From Candidatus Poribacteria bacterium (GTDB taxonomy: Bacteria; Poribacteria; WGA-4E; PCPOR2b), in contig OZ242351.1 in NCBI GenBank assembly GCA_965208675.1, forward strand, positions 3,616,001 through 3,680,000: DNA of 64,000 bases. Direction: 5' to 3'. The notes under the pieces are model-generated. The model saw only the letters and a program-made list of their open reading frames with translations. It made no database searches and was not told the origin of the DNA. The translations under genes were made by a program, and so were the position numbers. Position 1 is the first letter of the stretch, and each line of letters starts with the position of its first letter. Below, in pieces: positions 8,980 through 19,398 of this stretch.

Positions 8980-10110
8980 CTACAACTCCCCTCCACGAAT
9001 CGTTAAGTAGGGTTGCAGTTTCTGATTCCCAACGAGCACCGTACCGTGTGTGTCGCGAAACTCAAATTCGCCGGAGATGCAGTCAAAGACTGCGACATCG
9101 GCGACCGTTCCAATCTTAAGATGTCCGAGTTCAGCTTCACGCCGAATCGCTTTTGCCGCGGCAATGGTCGATTTCTCAAGCACCTCTTCAAGAGAAAGCC
9201 CAAGATGCAGAAATTTGGACAATGTGGTTGGTAAATCGTACACGGGCCCGTTGATATTGCCTGTATGCAAGTCGGTACTGATAACATCGGAGATAAATCC
9301 CTGTTCCATAGCGCGTTGCGCGACTTCGTAAGAGAAACTGCCCATGCCGTGCCCCACATCAAAAATAACGCCGTCGTTTCGCGCCGACCATGCCTCGGGA
9401 ATGACACGTCCTTTGTCATCAATGATGCTATCGCCGCGCCCTTGAAAACAGTGCGTAATCACATCTCCCGGACGCATCAGTTTCAACACATCCGGCAGCG
9501 GTACGCCGGCGCCGATGTGGCACATCACGGGGGTATCTGCAAGCTCCGCCGCCTCAATCGCTAGCTTCAACGGTTCGACCCCGTTGCCGCCGACTTGCTC
9601 TGCGCCTTGGCGGACCTTGACGCCGATTGTGATGTCCGGGTTTCGCATCAGCGTTTCGGCAACCTCGCCGGGATTCGCATATTCGAGCTCGTGCATCTCG
9701 CCGACCGGTCCGTAGACCAGACCGATTCCGGAGATGTGGATGTAGGAGAGTACACGGGTTCGGGCGGGTTGCACGACATATTCTCGAAGGCCGGGAAACG
9801 TTACCCAGCTTGAACTGCCGGCATCAACGATTGTCGTAACGCCTGTTGTGGTACAAACCGGATCGGCTTTGATTCCCCATGTCGTCACACCTGCGTAGAC
9901 GTGGGCATGGATATCCACCAAGCCGGGTGTAACGTATTTTTCAGTAACGAAAACCGTCTGCTTTGCCTGATTCGCCGGGATATCGCGTTCAATGGCGGCA
10001 ACTTTGCCATCGGCGATTGCAACATCTCGCTGATCGTGCAGCTGCTGCGCCGAATCAATAACCGTTCCGCCTTTAAGCAGTATGTCGTATTTCATCTCTC
10101 TTGCCTCCAC
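8980..10110 (-). CDS. Amidohydrolase (dihydroorotase-like/deacetylase family)
   Basis: PGLVDIHAH, GVTTIVDAGS, GVKVR, MCHI, THCF, DVGHG, ISTDLH. Confidence 0.9.
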   Translation of the reverse strand: MEAREMKYDILLKGGTVIDSAQQLHDQRDVAIADGKVAAIERDIPANQAKQTVFVTEKYVTPGLVDIHAHVYAGVTTWGIKADPVCTTTGVTTIVDAGSSSWVTFPGLREYVVQPARTRVLSYIHISGIGLVYGPVGEMHELEYANPGEVAETLMRNPDITIGVKVRQGAEQVGGNGVEPLKLAIEAAELADTPVMCHIGAGVPLPDVLKLMRPGDVITHCFQGRGDSIIDDKGRVIPEAWSARNDGVIFDVGHGMGSFSYEVAQRAMEQGFISDVISTDLHTGNINGPVYDLPTTLSKFLHLGLSLEEVLEKSTIAAAKAIRREAELGHLKIGTVADVAVFDCISGEFEFRDTHGTVLVGNQKLQPYLTIRGGEL

Positions 10111-10119
10111 CCCGCGCTT

Positions 10120-10800
10120 TCACACACCGCGCCGGTTCCCCCAAATCTCAACGTGAACCCTCGGCGAATAGCGGTATCCGTATTCCTTGCAGACCTCCAC
10201 TAGCCATTCCTGTTTGGGTTGCAATTCTTCGGAGGTTGTACCCTGGGGCATTAGCACAATGGTCTCCGACGGGATGGAGATTTCCGTTTGCAGGGCACTG
10301 ATTTCTTCGAGATCTTCGGGCTGGTCGACGACAAATTTGACCTGGCAGTCGTATAGGTCGAGGAACTTCCGGATGACATAGGGGCAAATGCGTCCCCGTT
10401 CATGCCGCCGAAAGTATCGGTCGTCCGGATGTGGATTGGAGTTCCGAAGTTTTGGGCTCATCGAAATCAGGTGAGCCGCTACAGGGGCAAAGACTGTTGC
10501 ATTGGTTTCGACGGTGATATGGTGGCCCCGCCGGTCGAGCGTTTGGCACAATTCCATTAACGCCTTGGCTTGGATAAACGGCTCGCCCCCCGTAATCACA
10601 ACATGTTTGCAACCGTACCGCGTGATTGCCGCTGCCGCTTCCGGGACGGATATGTCCTTGTTCTCCGGAACCCACGATGTATAGGGGGTATCGCACCAAC
10701 TGCACCTCAAATTACAGTAGCTCGTCCGGAAAAAAACAGACGGCGCTCCAATGAGTTTGCCCTCGCCTTGAATAGTGTAGAAGAGCTCGCTGAACTTCAC
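10120..10800 (-). CDS. queE: 7-carboxy-7-deazaguanine synthase (radical SAM)
   Basis: IQGEG, CNLRCSWCDT, VITGGEP, VETN, MSPK, SPRVH. Confidence 0.85.
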   Translation of the reverse strand: MKFSELFYTIQGEGKLIGAPSVFFRTSYCNLRCSWCDTPYTSWVPENKDISVPEAAAAITRYGCKHVVITGGEPFIQAKALMELCQTLDRRGHHITVETNATVFAPVAAHLISMSPKLRNSNPHPDDRYFRRHERGRICPYVIRKFLDLYDCQVKFVVDQPEDLEEISALQTEISIPSETIVLMPQGTTSEELQPKQEWLVEVCKEYGYRYSPRVHVEIWGNRRGV

Positions 10801-10841
10801 GTCTTAACCCTGTTTCGATCAGAATTTTCACCCTGCAAAAC

Positions 10842-11228
10842 TTAGGAGCGCTGAAGAAGCTCGATTTGCACGCCGTCAGGCCCCTTGATGAACGCAATCG
10901 TGAAGGACGGGTTGACGACTATCGGGTCACCTTCAAACTCGGCGCCCCGAGCCGTCAACTCTTCTACAGCCGCATCCATGTCCTCAACGGCAAACGCGAC
11001 TTGGTAGACTCCCCACCGCAATTTTCCGCTGTTCGGTTCGACCTCCTCCCCGGCAAGTTTGGGAGAGAAGAAAAGTCTCTGCCCGCCAACTTCGAGCTGA
11101 ACAATGGGCCGCCCTTTGACTTCCACCCGCGCCAGAACCGCGCCGCCAAACACCTTAACATAATAATCAACCGTTGATTCGAGGTCATTACAACGAAAGT
11201 GGACGTGATCGAATGTATACGCCATTGT
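10842..11228 (-). CDS. VOC/glyoxalase family protein
   Basis: FDHVHF...QVAFAVEDM...FIKGPDGVQIEL; AAGGAG RBS ahead of MAYTF. Confidence 0.88.
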   Translation of the reverse strand, partial: TMAYTFDHVHFRCNDLESTVDYYVKVFGGAVLARVEVKGRPIVQLEVGGQRLFFSPKLAGEEVEPNSGKLRWGVYQVAFAVEDMDAAVEELTARGAEFEGDPIVVNPSFTIAFIKGPDGVQIELLQRS

Positions 11229-11404
11229 GATTCTCCTTATGAATGACAAATGATGGGAACCTTTCATCCGCTTTTGCCCGCACTAAACCAAACCCCGCGG
11301 GCTTCGGAAGAATACGACTATTATAGACCAGAAGCAGAGCGAATGTAAATGGAATTCGCCCCGCCAGCCTGAAGCGAAATACCTTCACTCGGACTCATTT
11401 TTGC

Positions 11405-11433
11405 TTGACAAGACGGAAATTATCTGTTATCAT
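11405..11433 (+). promoter_or_regulatory. Sigma70-type promoter for the riboswitch leader
   Basis: TTGACA-N17-TATCAT with extended -10 TG. Confidence 0.6.
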
Positions 11434-11484
11434 TGCGCTTGTACAGCAGCATGGCAGAAGCATTTTAAAACTGAATATTTATTC

Positions 11485-11658
11485 GATTCAGGTGCTAGCA
11501 ATCGTTTGCGATTGTGGAGAATAGGGAAGCGCGGTGAGAATCCGCCACGGCCCCGCCACTGTGAACGGCGAGTAATCGTGTCCACAACGCCACTGTCCCA
11601 GCGTGTTGAGATGGGAAGGCGGACACGGGTTGTCGGAAGTCAGGAGACCTGCCTGAAG
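11485..11658 (+). promoter_or_regulatory. Cobalamin riboswitch
   Basis: CAGGTGC...AATAGGGAA..CGGTGAGAATCCG..ACGGCCCCGCCACTGTGA...GCCACTG...TGGGAAGGC...AGTCAGGAGACCTGCC (B12 box). Confidence 0.95.
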
Positions 11659-11747
11659 CGAGTTTCACACAGAGTTTTCGCGGGAAGGCTGTGAACCAGA
11701 GACTTTGTTCCTTTTGCCGAAGCGGCGGCGTAGGAAAAACGAACTGC

Positions 11748-11782
11748 ACCCCAGTTTTCTATATGAAAACTGGGGTTTTTTG
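11748..11782 (+). terminator. Intrinsic terminator in the riboswitch leader
   Basis: 12-bp stem ACCCCAGTTTTC/GAAAACTGGGGT followed by a T run. Confidence 0.65.
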
Positions 11783-11869
11783 TTTCTGGAGTCCGAAAAA
11801 GGCTGTTTCCGTTAGCAGTCCTTCCACACCTCAAACGGTATTTCCATATAAGAAAGGACAGTCAAACCT

Positions 11870-13585
11870 ATGAAGAATAGACTCCAATATGCGTTAACCT
11901 TCGTCGCCGCGGCGTTGGTGCTTGTTGCATTTCCGGCATTAGCCGCAAATGAAGTTCAGAATCTGGCGGTGGTCGTCAATGCCTTGGCAAATCCGGATCT
12001 TGGAATTTCCACATCCCTATCGATTGTGGACCTCGACGAGCCGGATGTTGAACGAGCAGTCGAGAATGAGATTATTCCGCTCGGATCGGCTCCAACCGGC
12101 ATTGAGGTTCGAGGCGATTTGGGGTACGTCGTCAACACGTTCAGCGATAACGTACAAATTGTAAATTTGAGACATAGGGTCAGCCTCGGAACAATCCCGA
12201 TTGGAACTGGCACCCTGCCGCAAAAAATCGCATTCATCAACGATTCCAAAGCGTATGTCACGTGCAATGGAACGAATGATATCAGGGTTGTCGATGTAAA
12301 AGGGCGAAGCGTGATTAACACCATCCCGGGGGGCTTGAAACCCTCGGGGATAACGATAATCAATGACAAGGCTTATGTGACGAACTCGGCGTGGGAATGG
12401 GATGGACAGGTCACCTACAAGGATAGCAGCGTTACAGTGATCGATATATGGACGGATACCGTCTTAAAGACGATTGATGTCCCGACGAACGCTACAGGCA
12501 TTACAAACGACGGTGAGTCTAGGGTCCTCGTAACCTCGACAGGCGATTACAATACTATCTTGGGCAAACTTGTATTTATCAATGCAAACCGTGATGAAGT
12601 TGAAAAGGTCGTTGACCTTAGAGTGACACCGGGTTTCTCGCTTGTCATAAACAGTATGCAGCACGCTTTTTTCACCGGTGGGGTCGGTTTTTTCTCCACA
12701 AACGACCTAGGTTTGATGGTTTACGACCTAGAGAGAGAAAAGTGGATACGTGATCGAAACGATGCGCTTGCGGATTTCGCTGGCGGTGGAGGGTTAGCCA
12801 TTGATGAGAATGACACCATTTATGTCGCTGTTCCTGATTGGACCGGGGCAAGGCTGGATGAACTGCGTGTCATGGCGCCTGATGAAACCCTTGACAGAAC
12901 CTACCGCGTCGGCCCTGGTGCGAGCGCCGTCGCAATTGCACAGATTCAACCGCTTGAACCGCCGGCGGTTGATGTAAACAGCGACGGCGTCGTAGATGCC
13001 GCCGATTTGGTTCTCGTCGCCCGCAATTTCGGCCAGACTGGGGCTACAGGCGATGTTAATTCGGATGGCATCATCGACATATTTGATTTAGTGCTCGTCG
13101 CCAAGCGATTCGGAGAGGATGTTGCCGCCGCGCCGCCGTATCGGCAATTGCCAACCGTCAACGCCGCGGCTGATACCGCACATATCCAACGCGCGATTAC
13201 TGAGTTAGAATCGTATCCCGATCAGTCCCCCATCATCCGGTTTATTGCCGACTATTTACAGGCGTATCTTACATCGGCGCAGCCAACTGTGTTAGAAACT
13301 GAGTTGCTCGCAAACTTCCCGAATCCGTTCAACCCGGAGACCTGGATGCCGTATCATCTCGCCCACGCTGCTGATGTAACGCTCACCATCTATGACGCAA
13401 AAGGAGCGGTAGTGCGGGAATTAAACATCGGGCATCAACCTGCAGGACTATACGCCGATAAAGCCAAGGCAGTGTATTGGGACGGAAAATCGAAGACCGG
13501 AGAGCTCGTCTCAAGCGGCGTCTATTTCTATCAACTTCGCGCAGGGGATTATTCACAAGTGCGCCGCATGGCAATTCTCAAGTAA
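11870..13585 (+). CDS. Secreted YncE/BtuG-like beta-propeller + dockerin-like domain + FlgD-Ig/CTD-like tail
   Basis: Signal peptide; YVVN/AYVTC/AYVTN blades; DVNSDGVVDAADLVLV and DVNSDGIIDIFDLVLV; NFPNPFNPET...WDGK...SSGVYFYQL. Confidence 0.88.
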   Translation: MKNRLQYALTFVAAALVLVAFPALAANEVQNLAVVVNALANPDLGISTSLSIVDLDEPDVERAVENEIIPLGSAPTGIEVRGDLGYVVNTFSDNVQIVNLRHRVSLGTIPIGTGTLPQKIAFINDSKAYVTCNGTNDIRVVDVKGRSVINTIPGGLKPSGITIINDKAYVTNSAWEWDGQVTYKDSSVTVIDIWTDTVLKTIDVPTNATGITNDGESRVLVTSTGDYNTILGKLVFINANRDEVEKVVDLRVTPGFSLVINSMQHAFFTGGVGFFSTNDLGLMVYDLEREKWIRDRNDALADFAGGGGLAIDENDTIYVAVPDWTGARLDELRVMAPDETLDRTYRVGPGASAVAIAQIQPLEPPAVDVNSDGVVDAADLVLVARNFGQTGATGDVNSDGIIDIFDLVLVAKRFGEDVAAAPPYRQLPTVNAAADTAHIQRAITELESYPDQSPIIRFIADYLQAYLTSAQPTVLETELLANFPNPFNPETWMPYHLAHAADVTLTIYDAKGAVVRELNIGHQPAGLYADKAKAVYWDGKSKTGELVSSGVYFYQLRAGDYSQVRRMAILK

Positions 13586-13602
13586 ACCCGTAAACTACCG
13601 GG

Positions 13603-13638
13603 AGAAACCGAGTTTTTTTCTTCATAACTCGGTTTCTT
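13603..13638 (+). terminator. Hairpin after the propeller gene (REP-like or terminator)
   Basis: AGAAACCGAGTT...AACTCGGTTTCT. Confidence 0.45.
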
Positions 13639-13730
13639 TAAGAGTGCAATTGAGAACATCGGATTTCAGGCGTTAAGTCTAGTGGATTTCAACCCTTCAA
13701 CATTGAGTATTCTATATAAGGAGAAAACTA

Positions 13731-14780
13731 ATGAAACAATTCCCCAAGGTTACTTTTTTTGCTGTAATCGTCTGCTTGTCGATTCCAGCAACCAGTCTTG
13801 CACAGACTGTCGTATCGTTCAATCCCCCTGTAATGGAATCACCAGACACCGCACAGCAATTTACTATTGATGTTCAAATCTCAAATGCAACCGATGTCTT
13901 CGGATATCAAATCGCTCTCACATTCGACTCAACGGCACTCGCATACGTCAGCGTCCAAAATGGAGACTTCTTAGCGGGATCCATCGGCCCGCCAACGCTT
14001 CCCCCAATCGTCGCTGACGGCGAAATCAAGTTCGGTGCAACCCTATTAGGGGCAGTGCCCGGTGTCAATGGAGACGGAACACTCGCAACCGTTACGTTTG
14101 AAGTCGTTGCCGTGAAAACATCTGCACTCGGACTTGATGTTAAGGTGATAGATTCAAACGACCAGCAGTTGGAATTGACAACTGAATCAGGCACGATTAC
14201 CGGCGCACCGCTCGAACCTGTGAGAACTGAACCGGAAGGTGATGTGTTATCGTTCGAAGCAACAATTTCGAGCGCAAACACACCAGCCAAAGGCTTTATC
14301 GCGCTATGGGAAGGAACGATGGAGATACAGGCGGGTACGTCCATTGAATACCAGGTGATGTTCTCAGGGATTAGCGTCCACACACAAGGCGGTGCCTACG
14401 CTCACACTGCCGACGGTAGAATCGTTGGTCTCGTTGATGATGCTGCTGGGTCAGATTGGCAACACCGCAAGGTCTCACTCGACGACATTGCTGGCAGTGA
14501 AATTGTTGCGATAACAGTTGGCACGGATAACGGAGACAATCCGGATAATCCAGCGGGGTTATTTGGAATGGTGATTGACAACGTGCAGATAACCAGCGAC
14601 GCGGGTGTTTTGACGAAGGTATGGGTTGACGAAAGTACGATTGGCGGTGCGCAGGAGGCGGCTGCGCCGTTCGGCGATTCGACCGGTGTTGAGGGCATGC
14701 GGGCATTCATCTCTGCCGTTTCTGTCGAACCGCAATCGAAGATGTTGACAAGTTGGGCGCATCTTAAAGCAGTGCGTTGA
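13731..14780 (+). CDS. Secreted cohesin-domain protein with conserved C-terminal motif
   Basis: Signal peptide; FTIDVQI..DVFGYQIALTFDSTAL..GDFL..VNGDGTLATVTF; ends SVEPQSKMLTSWAHLK. Confidence 0.85.
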   Translation: MKQFPKVTFFAVIVCLSIPATSLAQTVVSFNPPVMESPDTAQQFTIDVQISNATDVFGYQIALTFDSTALAYVSVQNGDFLAGSIGPPTLPPIVADGEIKFGATLLGAVPGVNGDGTLATVTFEVVAVKTSALGLDVKVIDSNDQQLELTTESGTITGAPLEPVRTEPEGDVLSFEATISSANTPAKGFIALWEGTMEIQAGTSIEYQVMFSGISVHTQGGAYAHTADGRIVGLVDDAAGSDWQHRKVSLDDIAGSEIVAITVGTDNGDNPDNPAGLFGMVIDNVQITSDAGVLTKVWVDESTIGGAQEAAAPFGDSTGVEGMRAFISAVSVEPQSKMLTSWAHLKAVR

Positions 14781-14903
14781 ACGAGCCACTACCTTCATAT
14801 TCTGCGAGACGACGCAGATTTAAACCGCATTCGCCAATACATCTCCGATAATCCGATGCAATGGGAGTTGGATCGATTTCAGCCCAACAATTTCACCAAT
14901 TAA
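14781..14903 (+). pseudogene. C-terminal remnant of a REP-associated tyrosine transposase (RAYT)
   Basis: Translates to HYLHILRDDADLNRIRQYISDNPMQWELD, matching the RAYT 'HIIR..L..IR.YI..NP..W' catalytic-Tyr segment. Confidence 0.8.
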
Positions 14904-14908
14904 TCCCC

Positions 14909-14964
14909 GTAGGGGCTGGGTCCCCTAGCCCGTATTTGAACGGGCGAGGTAACCTCGCCCCTAC
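14909..14964. repeat. REP doublet (REPIN), GTAG type
   Basis: GTAGGGGCTGGGTCCCCTAGCCCGT-spacer-ACGGGCGAGGTAACCTCGCCCCTAC. Confidence 0.85.
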
Positions 14965-15163
14965 GGTAGTTTAAACCTCACTTTTCGTACGCGATCAAGT
15001 GAGTGTATGGCGAGCGCGATAGGGATCCGCTCACTAACCGCACCGGACATCGCATCGAATCGCCGCCATCGTCTTTGGCCAATGCGACTAAAAATTACAC
15101 ATTTACGCATTGGTTTGTGGGAGAGGCTCTAAAACTATCGCACTCCCTCTTTGGTCGCTTGAT

Positions 15164-15220
15164 CCTCGATTATCAATCAGCCGATCCCTCCTTGTGTAAA
15201 TATGAACCGAAATGACTATA
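15164..15220 (+). repeat. 57-bp direct repeat, copy 1
   Basis: 51/57 identical to 19613-19669 by manual alignment. Confidence 0.85.
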
Positions 15221-15482
15221 AATGAATGGTAGTCCTTCGGTCCAAAATAGACGCCGCTTGCCCTGGAGATTCACGGGCGGTAATAAGCTTGACAAGAGAG
15301 AGTAAGGAAGCGGTACAAAACACGGTACCGGATAGTGGAGAGAATCTTCCTGCTTACCTGATTTTCCCGGAGACGAACATAGCCTGTACCATTAAATTTC
15401 AGATTATGCTCAAACCATGACCCAGCTTCACACAACTGCTTTTCCCGATAAGCAATCTTGTCTTGATTAGGTATATGTGTCA

Positions 15483-15857
15483 TCAGCTTCCCTTTCTTTC
15501 TTTTCTCACCTGATTTGCAGCGGACGCACTGCGCGCATTGGAAGATCGACTGCTCAATCGTTGAGCGAGTGTCGTAAGGACGCGGAAATCCTCTTTGGAA
15601 CACTTGCGCAACGCTGTGAGGAGCGCCTCATAAAGATGTTCCCACACTTCATCTTCCCGAAATTCAAACATATCTTTCGGCGCGACACCTAACGCACGGG
15701 CAATCCGGTCCAAGGTTTTGATGGATAGTGCACGCTGTCCGCGTTCAACGTACCCTATAAAGTTTGTGCTTACATCCGCAGCTTCAGCGAACTGTTCCTG
15801 CGTCAACCCCGCCGCTTTTCGCAGTGCCCGTATCTTCACGCCTAGTTTGTATGCCAA
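15483..15857 (-). CDS. XRE-family HTH regulator (controller-protein-like)
   Basis: IRALRKAAGLTQEQFAEAADVSTNFIGYVERG..LSIKTLDRIARAL. Confidence 0.9.
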   Translation of the reverse strand: MAYKLGVKIRALRKAAGLTQEQFAEAADVSTNFIGYVERGQRALSIKTLDRIARALGVAPKDMFEFREDEVWEHLYEALLTALRKCSKEDFRVLTTLAQRLSSRSSNARSASAANQVRKERKGS

Positions 15858-16241
15858 ACTCTGTGTTCTCAGAATAAGACTCCCCTCTCTGTAAAAGCCT
15901 TAAGCACGCTATCTTAACACCTATAGCGAGTAGTGAACACAAACGACGTGGATACAATTGTAGTTATTAATATACACTAATAGTATGGTTTTTTGTTGAC
16001 TTAAATAAATATGTAGTTTAGATTATAGGAAGTAAGGATGGTAATTGGGGCGCCCGATACCATATCTTGGGCAGACCGGTGTCATTTTGCAGTTAATAAC
16101 GAATAGAATTTACCCTTAAAGCGGTTTCAATCAATTATATTTTCTAACTCAATCAATCCACATATCGCACGCGGCCCATTGTCTACACCGCTCAACCCAA
16201 CCTACAAAAACTGAAATCCTTAGGCGGAGAAAAGCGGAACT

Positions 16242-16484
16242 ATGAAATACCTAACAGTAGTGAGCGTCCAATGCGATAAGATTGTCCCCTTGATGCTCCC
16301 TCTGGATTTTGACACGCGGTTAGAAATTGCTCAGAAAGCCTGGAATCTCGGCGTGGATTGGGACGAATATTGTTACGATCACATGAGTCGAGACGTTGTC
16401 GCTGTCCCTCATGAATTAGCGAAGGAATGTCGCGCACTACTTTCTCAATTGCAGGATGCAATGTCCCAATTACTCGACACTTGA
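16242..16484 (+). CDS. Small hypothetical protein
   Basis: 80-aa ORF with upstream purine-rich RBS, flanked by REP halves. Confidence 0.45.
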   Translation: MKYLTVVSVQCDKIVPLMLPLDFDTRLEIAQKAWNLGVDWDEYCYDHMSRDVVAVPHELAKECRALLSQLQDAMSQLLDT

Positions 16485-16607
16485 ACTGGGCTGGTGTAAC
16501 CAAACACTCGCCTAAGATTTTGTAGGTTGGGAAAAATCGCCTGAGCGAATGATTCAAATGATCGATACGCGAATTCGATGGTGATTCTATTTGGATTCAA
16601 AATGTAG

Positions 16608-18488
16608 TTGGAGTTGGCCATGATTTCTGAATATGTAGTTGTAGAAGAAGTTGTTAGTTACTTCTCCACGCCGCGGTTTGAACGCGTTAGCGTAAAAAGA
16701 GAGGATGAAATTCAGTTTGGATCGCGTACAGGCTACGCCGATGTTGTGTTGCTTGACGACAAAGCGCACCGCGTCGCGATCATTGAGTGCAAGAAGGTTG
16801 GTTACGAAGGTAACGGCATTGAGCAACTAAAGTCCTATCTTTCCGCAACTAGTACCGTGTTTGGCGGATTTGCCAATAGCACAGACCCTGATGACTGGTA
16901 TTTTTGTGAAAATCTAGGGGCAAATAGGTTTAGAGAAATTACACGTTCTCGGTTTGAAGCGAGGGTTCTCAAATTAGGCATATTTGGATCGATAACCAAT
17001 TTTTTTAAGAGAATTTTTACACGGCGAAAATCCACTCCGCCCGTTGAGTCTAATGAACGAATCATAACCCAATCAGCGCCGTATTATACACCCTTTTCAT
17101 ATACCACTGGAGGATTCCCCCCTGTGCAAAACGAAAATACGGAACCTAGTTTGAATGACAAGCCTTACTATGCTGAAGAAAATGGCTTTAATTGGGCCGG
17201 ATACCAACGTGGCAACACCAATTGTATTGAGTTGCACGTGACCCGAGTAATCTATAACGAAGAATTGAGGTTTTTGCCCGATCGAAACGCTGTTCATGAT
17301 GAGATTAACTCCAAATCCGAAAAGATTGAAAAATTAGAATCACAGAAAAACGATCTTGAGACGGCACGCGAGAAGTACCGACAAGAAGTCGAGGACAAAA
17401 ACAAAGAACTGGTGGAACTCGAGATTAAGGCAGACGCGCCAACCGAAGCGGAATTGGAGACCCCGGCGCCAAATGCTCAATCTGAAAATAATAGCCGGAA
17501 ACGGACTTGGAGCAACTACTTAATCTGGATACTGCCCGTGTTGTTCGCAGCGTACATTTTCATATTCTACGCTTCGGCTATTGATAAAGCCTTTTTCTTA
17601 AACGAAGCCGCAATACAGAATCAGGTGAAAACAGGAAATTACTCTGGAATCCAAGACATTGTTAATCCAGGAGCAATCTATAAAACGCTGACGTTACCGC
17701 CCAATCTGCTTGTCGTATTCTTTCCAATTGTGTTTTTGGCACTTGCAAAGTTGGTGGAGTATTTGTTGGATCACGTGGTCGATTGGTGGAATGAATTTAG
17801 ACGGAGGGCGTATTGGTTTTTGGGAGGACTGATTATGGTGGTAGTAACTATTTTTGTTTTTGACGTGATACTTGCCAACCAGATTTCGAAAAAAATACAT
17901 GTGGCTAGGGATCAAATCGACAAGCGGTTGGGAGGAGAAGGCTTGGGAGATTGGCCCATAAATCCTCTGAATCCTTTGACCTACGATCTTGATATGTGGA
18001 CGGTTGTTTTTTGCGGGTTTGTCTCTGCCTTACTTTATAGCGGGGTATGGTATTGTACCGCAAGAAAATGGAAGCAAATGGGTGTGATAACACCTGATCA
18101 CAGACAATTGAAGGTACAACAACATTGCATTGACAATGAGACTATAGCGCGTAAGGCGAGAATAGCAGGACTGAAGAAAGAAATAGAGAATCATGAAGCC
18201 ATCGCCACTCGATGCGACGATGAGCTCAATCCGCTATTACAGCAGCTAAAAGAGGAGCGTGAGACAATTAGCGAGTTGAAAGAATCGCTAAAGAGACCTC
18301 TGATTAACCGTAGCGAACTGCTAAAGCGTGTAAATCAATTCTTGAACGGATGGTGTAGATTCCTAGCGCAAAGCGGTGCACCAGACCATAAAAATGAGAT
18401 TGAAAATGTGAGAAGGATTGCCTATGAAACGCTTGATCGAGAGCTTGCCGGACGTTATTCGGTACAATCACAGGAGCATCCCGCATAA
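16608..18488 (+). CDS. HsdR-N-like PD-(D/E)XK nuclease fused to coiled coils and ~4 TM helices
   Basis: GYADVVLLD..IIECKK..IEQLKSY; two coiled coils flanking hydrophobic segments. Confidence 0.8.
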   Translation: MELAMISEYVVVEEVVSYFSTPRFERVSVKREDEIQFGSRTGYADVVLLDDKAHRVAIIECKKVGYEGNGIEQLKSYLSATSTVFGGFANSTDPDDWYFCENLGANRFREITRSRFEARVLKLGIFGSITNFFKRIFTRRKSTPPVESNERIITQSAPYYTPFSYTTGGFPPVQNENTEPSLNDKPYYAEENGFNWAGYQRGNTNCIELHVTRVIYNEELRFLPDRNAVHDEINSKSEKIEKLESQKNDLETAREKYRQEVEDKNKELVELEIKADAPTEAELETPAPNAQSENNSRKRTWSNYLIWILPVLFAAYIFIFYASAIDKAFFLNEAAIQNQVKTGNYSGIQDIVNPGAIYKTLTLPPNLLVVFFPIVFLALAKLVEYLLDHVVDWWNEFRRRAYWFLGGLIMVVVTIFVFDVILANQISKKIHVARDQIDKRLGGEGLGDWPINPLNPLTYDLDMWTVVFCGFVSALLYSGVWYCTARKWKQMGVITPDHRQLKVQQHCIDNETIARKARIAGLKKEIENHEAIATRCDDELNPLLQQLKEERETISELKESLKRPLINRSELLKRVNQFLNGWCRFLAQSGAPDHKNEIENVRRIAYETLDRELAGRYSVQSQEHPA

Positions 18489-19398
18489 AAAGACGTACTT
18501 TTTCTCGTTGGGGTTGCTGTGTATGTTGTCCTCCATCATGAGTTGCGAAAGTTGCAATGGTTGCAATTCAACTCTAGATGTTCAACGTAAGCCTATAAAC
18601 ATCGTTGTCATTCTTGATACCTCCGACCGAATTGATGAACGCAAACATCCCGACCAGATAACAATCGATAAGGAACTGGTAAATGGCATCATAGACTCCT
18701 ATCACCGCTATGCGAGGGAAGAGATGTTTTTAATCCCCGATCGTTTGACGTTTATCGTTCCTGAACAGCCCGCGACGGATGCTATTCCACTTAATGTTAC
18801 AAAGAGGTTAAAGATATGGCCGACGCGGACGGCCACCACGGAGGGGGCAAACGCGTTCAAAAAGTTGGAAAATGAAGCACGGTCGGCGGTGGAGGACGTA
18901 TATGCGTTTGTAAAGAACCAAAACAGATATACAGGATCGGATATTTGGAATTGGTTTCGACTACAGTGCGATGGGTGTTTAAACCACGATATGCGGAACA
19001 TAATTATTTGTCTGTCTGACGGATACTTGGATTTTGACAGGAGTATTCAGGAAAAACGCCCCAAATTAAACAATAAAACGTCGTATATGCGCTTCGATTT
19101 GATTAAGAGATTAGCAGACGATCCTGGCTGGAAATCAGTGTTTAACGACGAAGGACATGGACTACTGGAATTTGAACAGGATTTCTCTGATTACGATGTC
19201 AAATTTATGATGGTCGAAATGAAACTTCGGGATTTCAACTTGTTATACGAGCGTGAAATAATAGAAACCTATTGGGAGAAATGGCTTTCCTCAATGGGCA
19301 TTACAAAGTCAAAATTTGTATATTCTGGCGCCAACGCCATCGACGCAGTTGAAGATTATTTGTTGCAGGACGATAAGCAATTAACCAAAACACATTGA
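18418..19398 (+). CDS. Exported VWA-like protein
   Basis: NIVVILDTSDRI, TGSDIW, IICLSDGY; hydrophobic Cys-containing N-terminus; start uncertain. Confidence 0.72.
   Translation: MPMKRLIESLPDVIRYNHRSIPHKKTYFFSLGLLCMLSSIMSCESCNGCNSTLDVQRKPINIVVILDTSDRIDERKHPDQITIDKELVNGIIDSYHRYAREEMFLIPDRLTFIVPEQPATDAIPLNVTKRLKIWPTRTATTEGANAFKKLENEARSAVEDVYAFVKNQNRYTGSDIWNWFRLQCDGCLNHDMRNIIICLSDGYLDFDRSIQEKRPKLNNKTSYMRFDLIKRLADDPGWKSVFNDEGHGLLEFEQDFSDYDVKFMMVEMKLRDFNLLYEREIIETYWEKWLSSMGITKSKFVYSGANAIDAVEDYLLQDDKQLTKTH

Noticed and set aside
14778-14780. Sec readthrough of the cohesin gene TGA
   Set aside because: The protein already ends with the shared C-terminal motif, and the downstream frame is a transposase remnant
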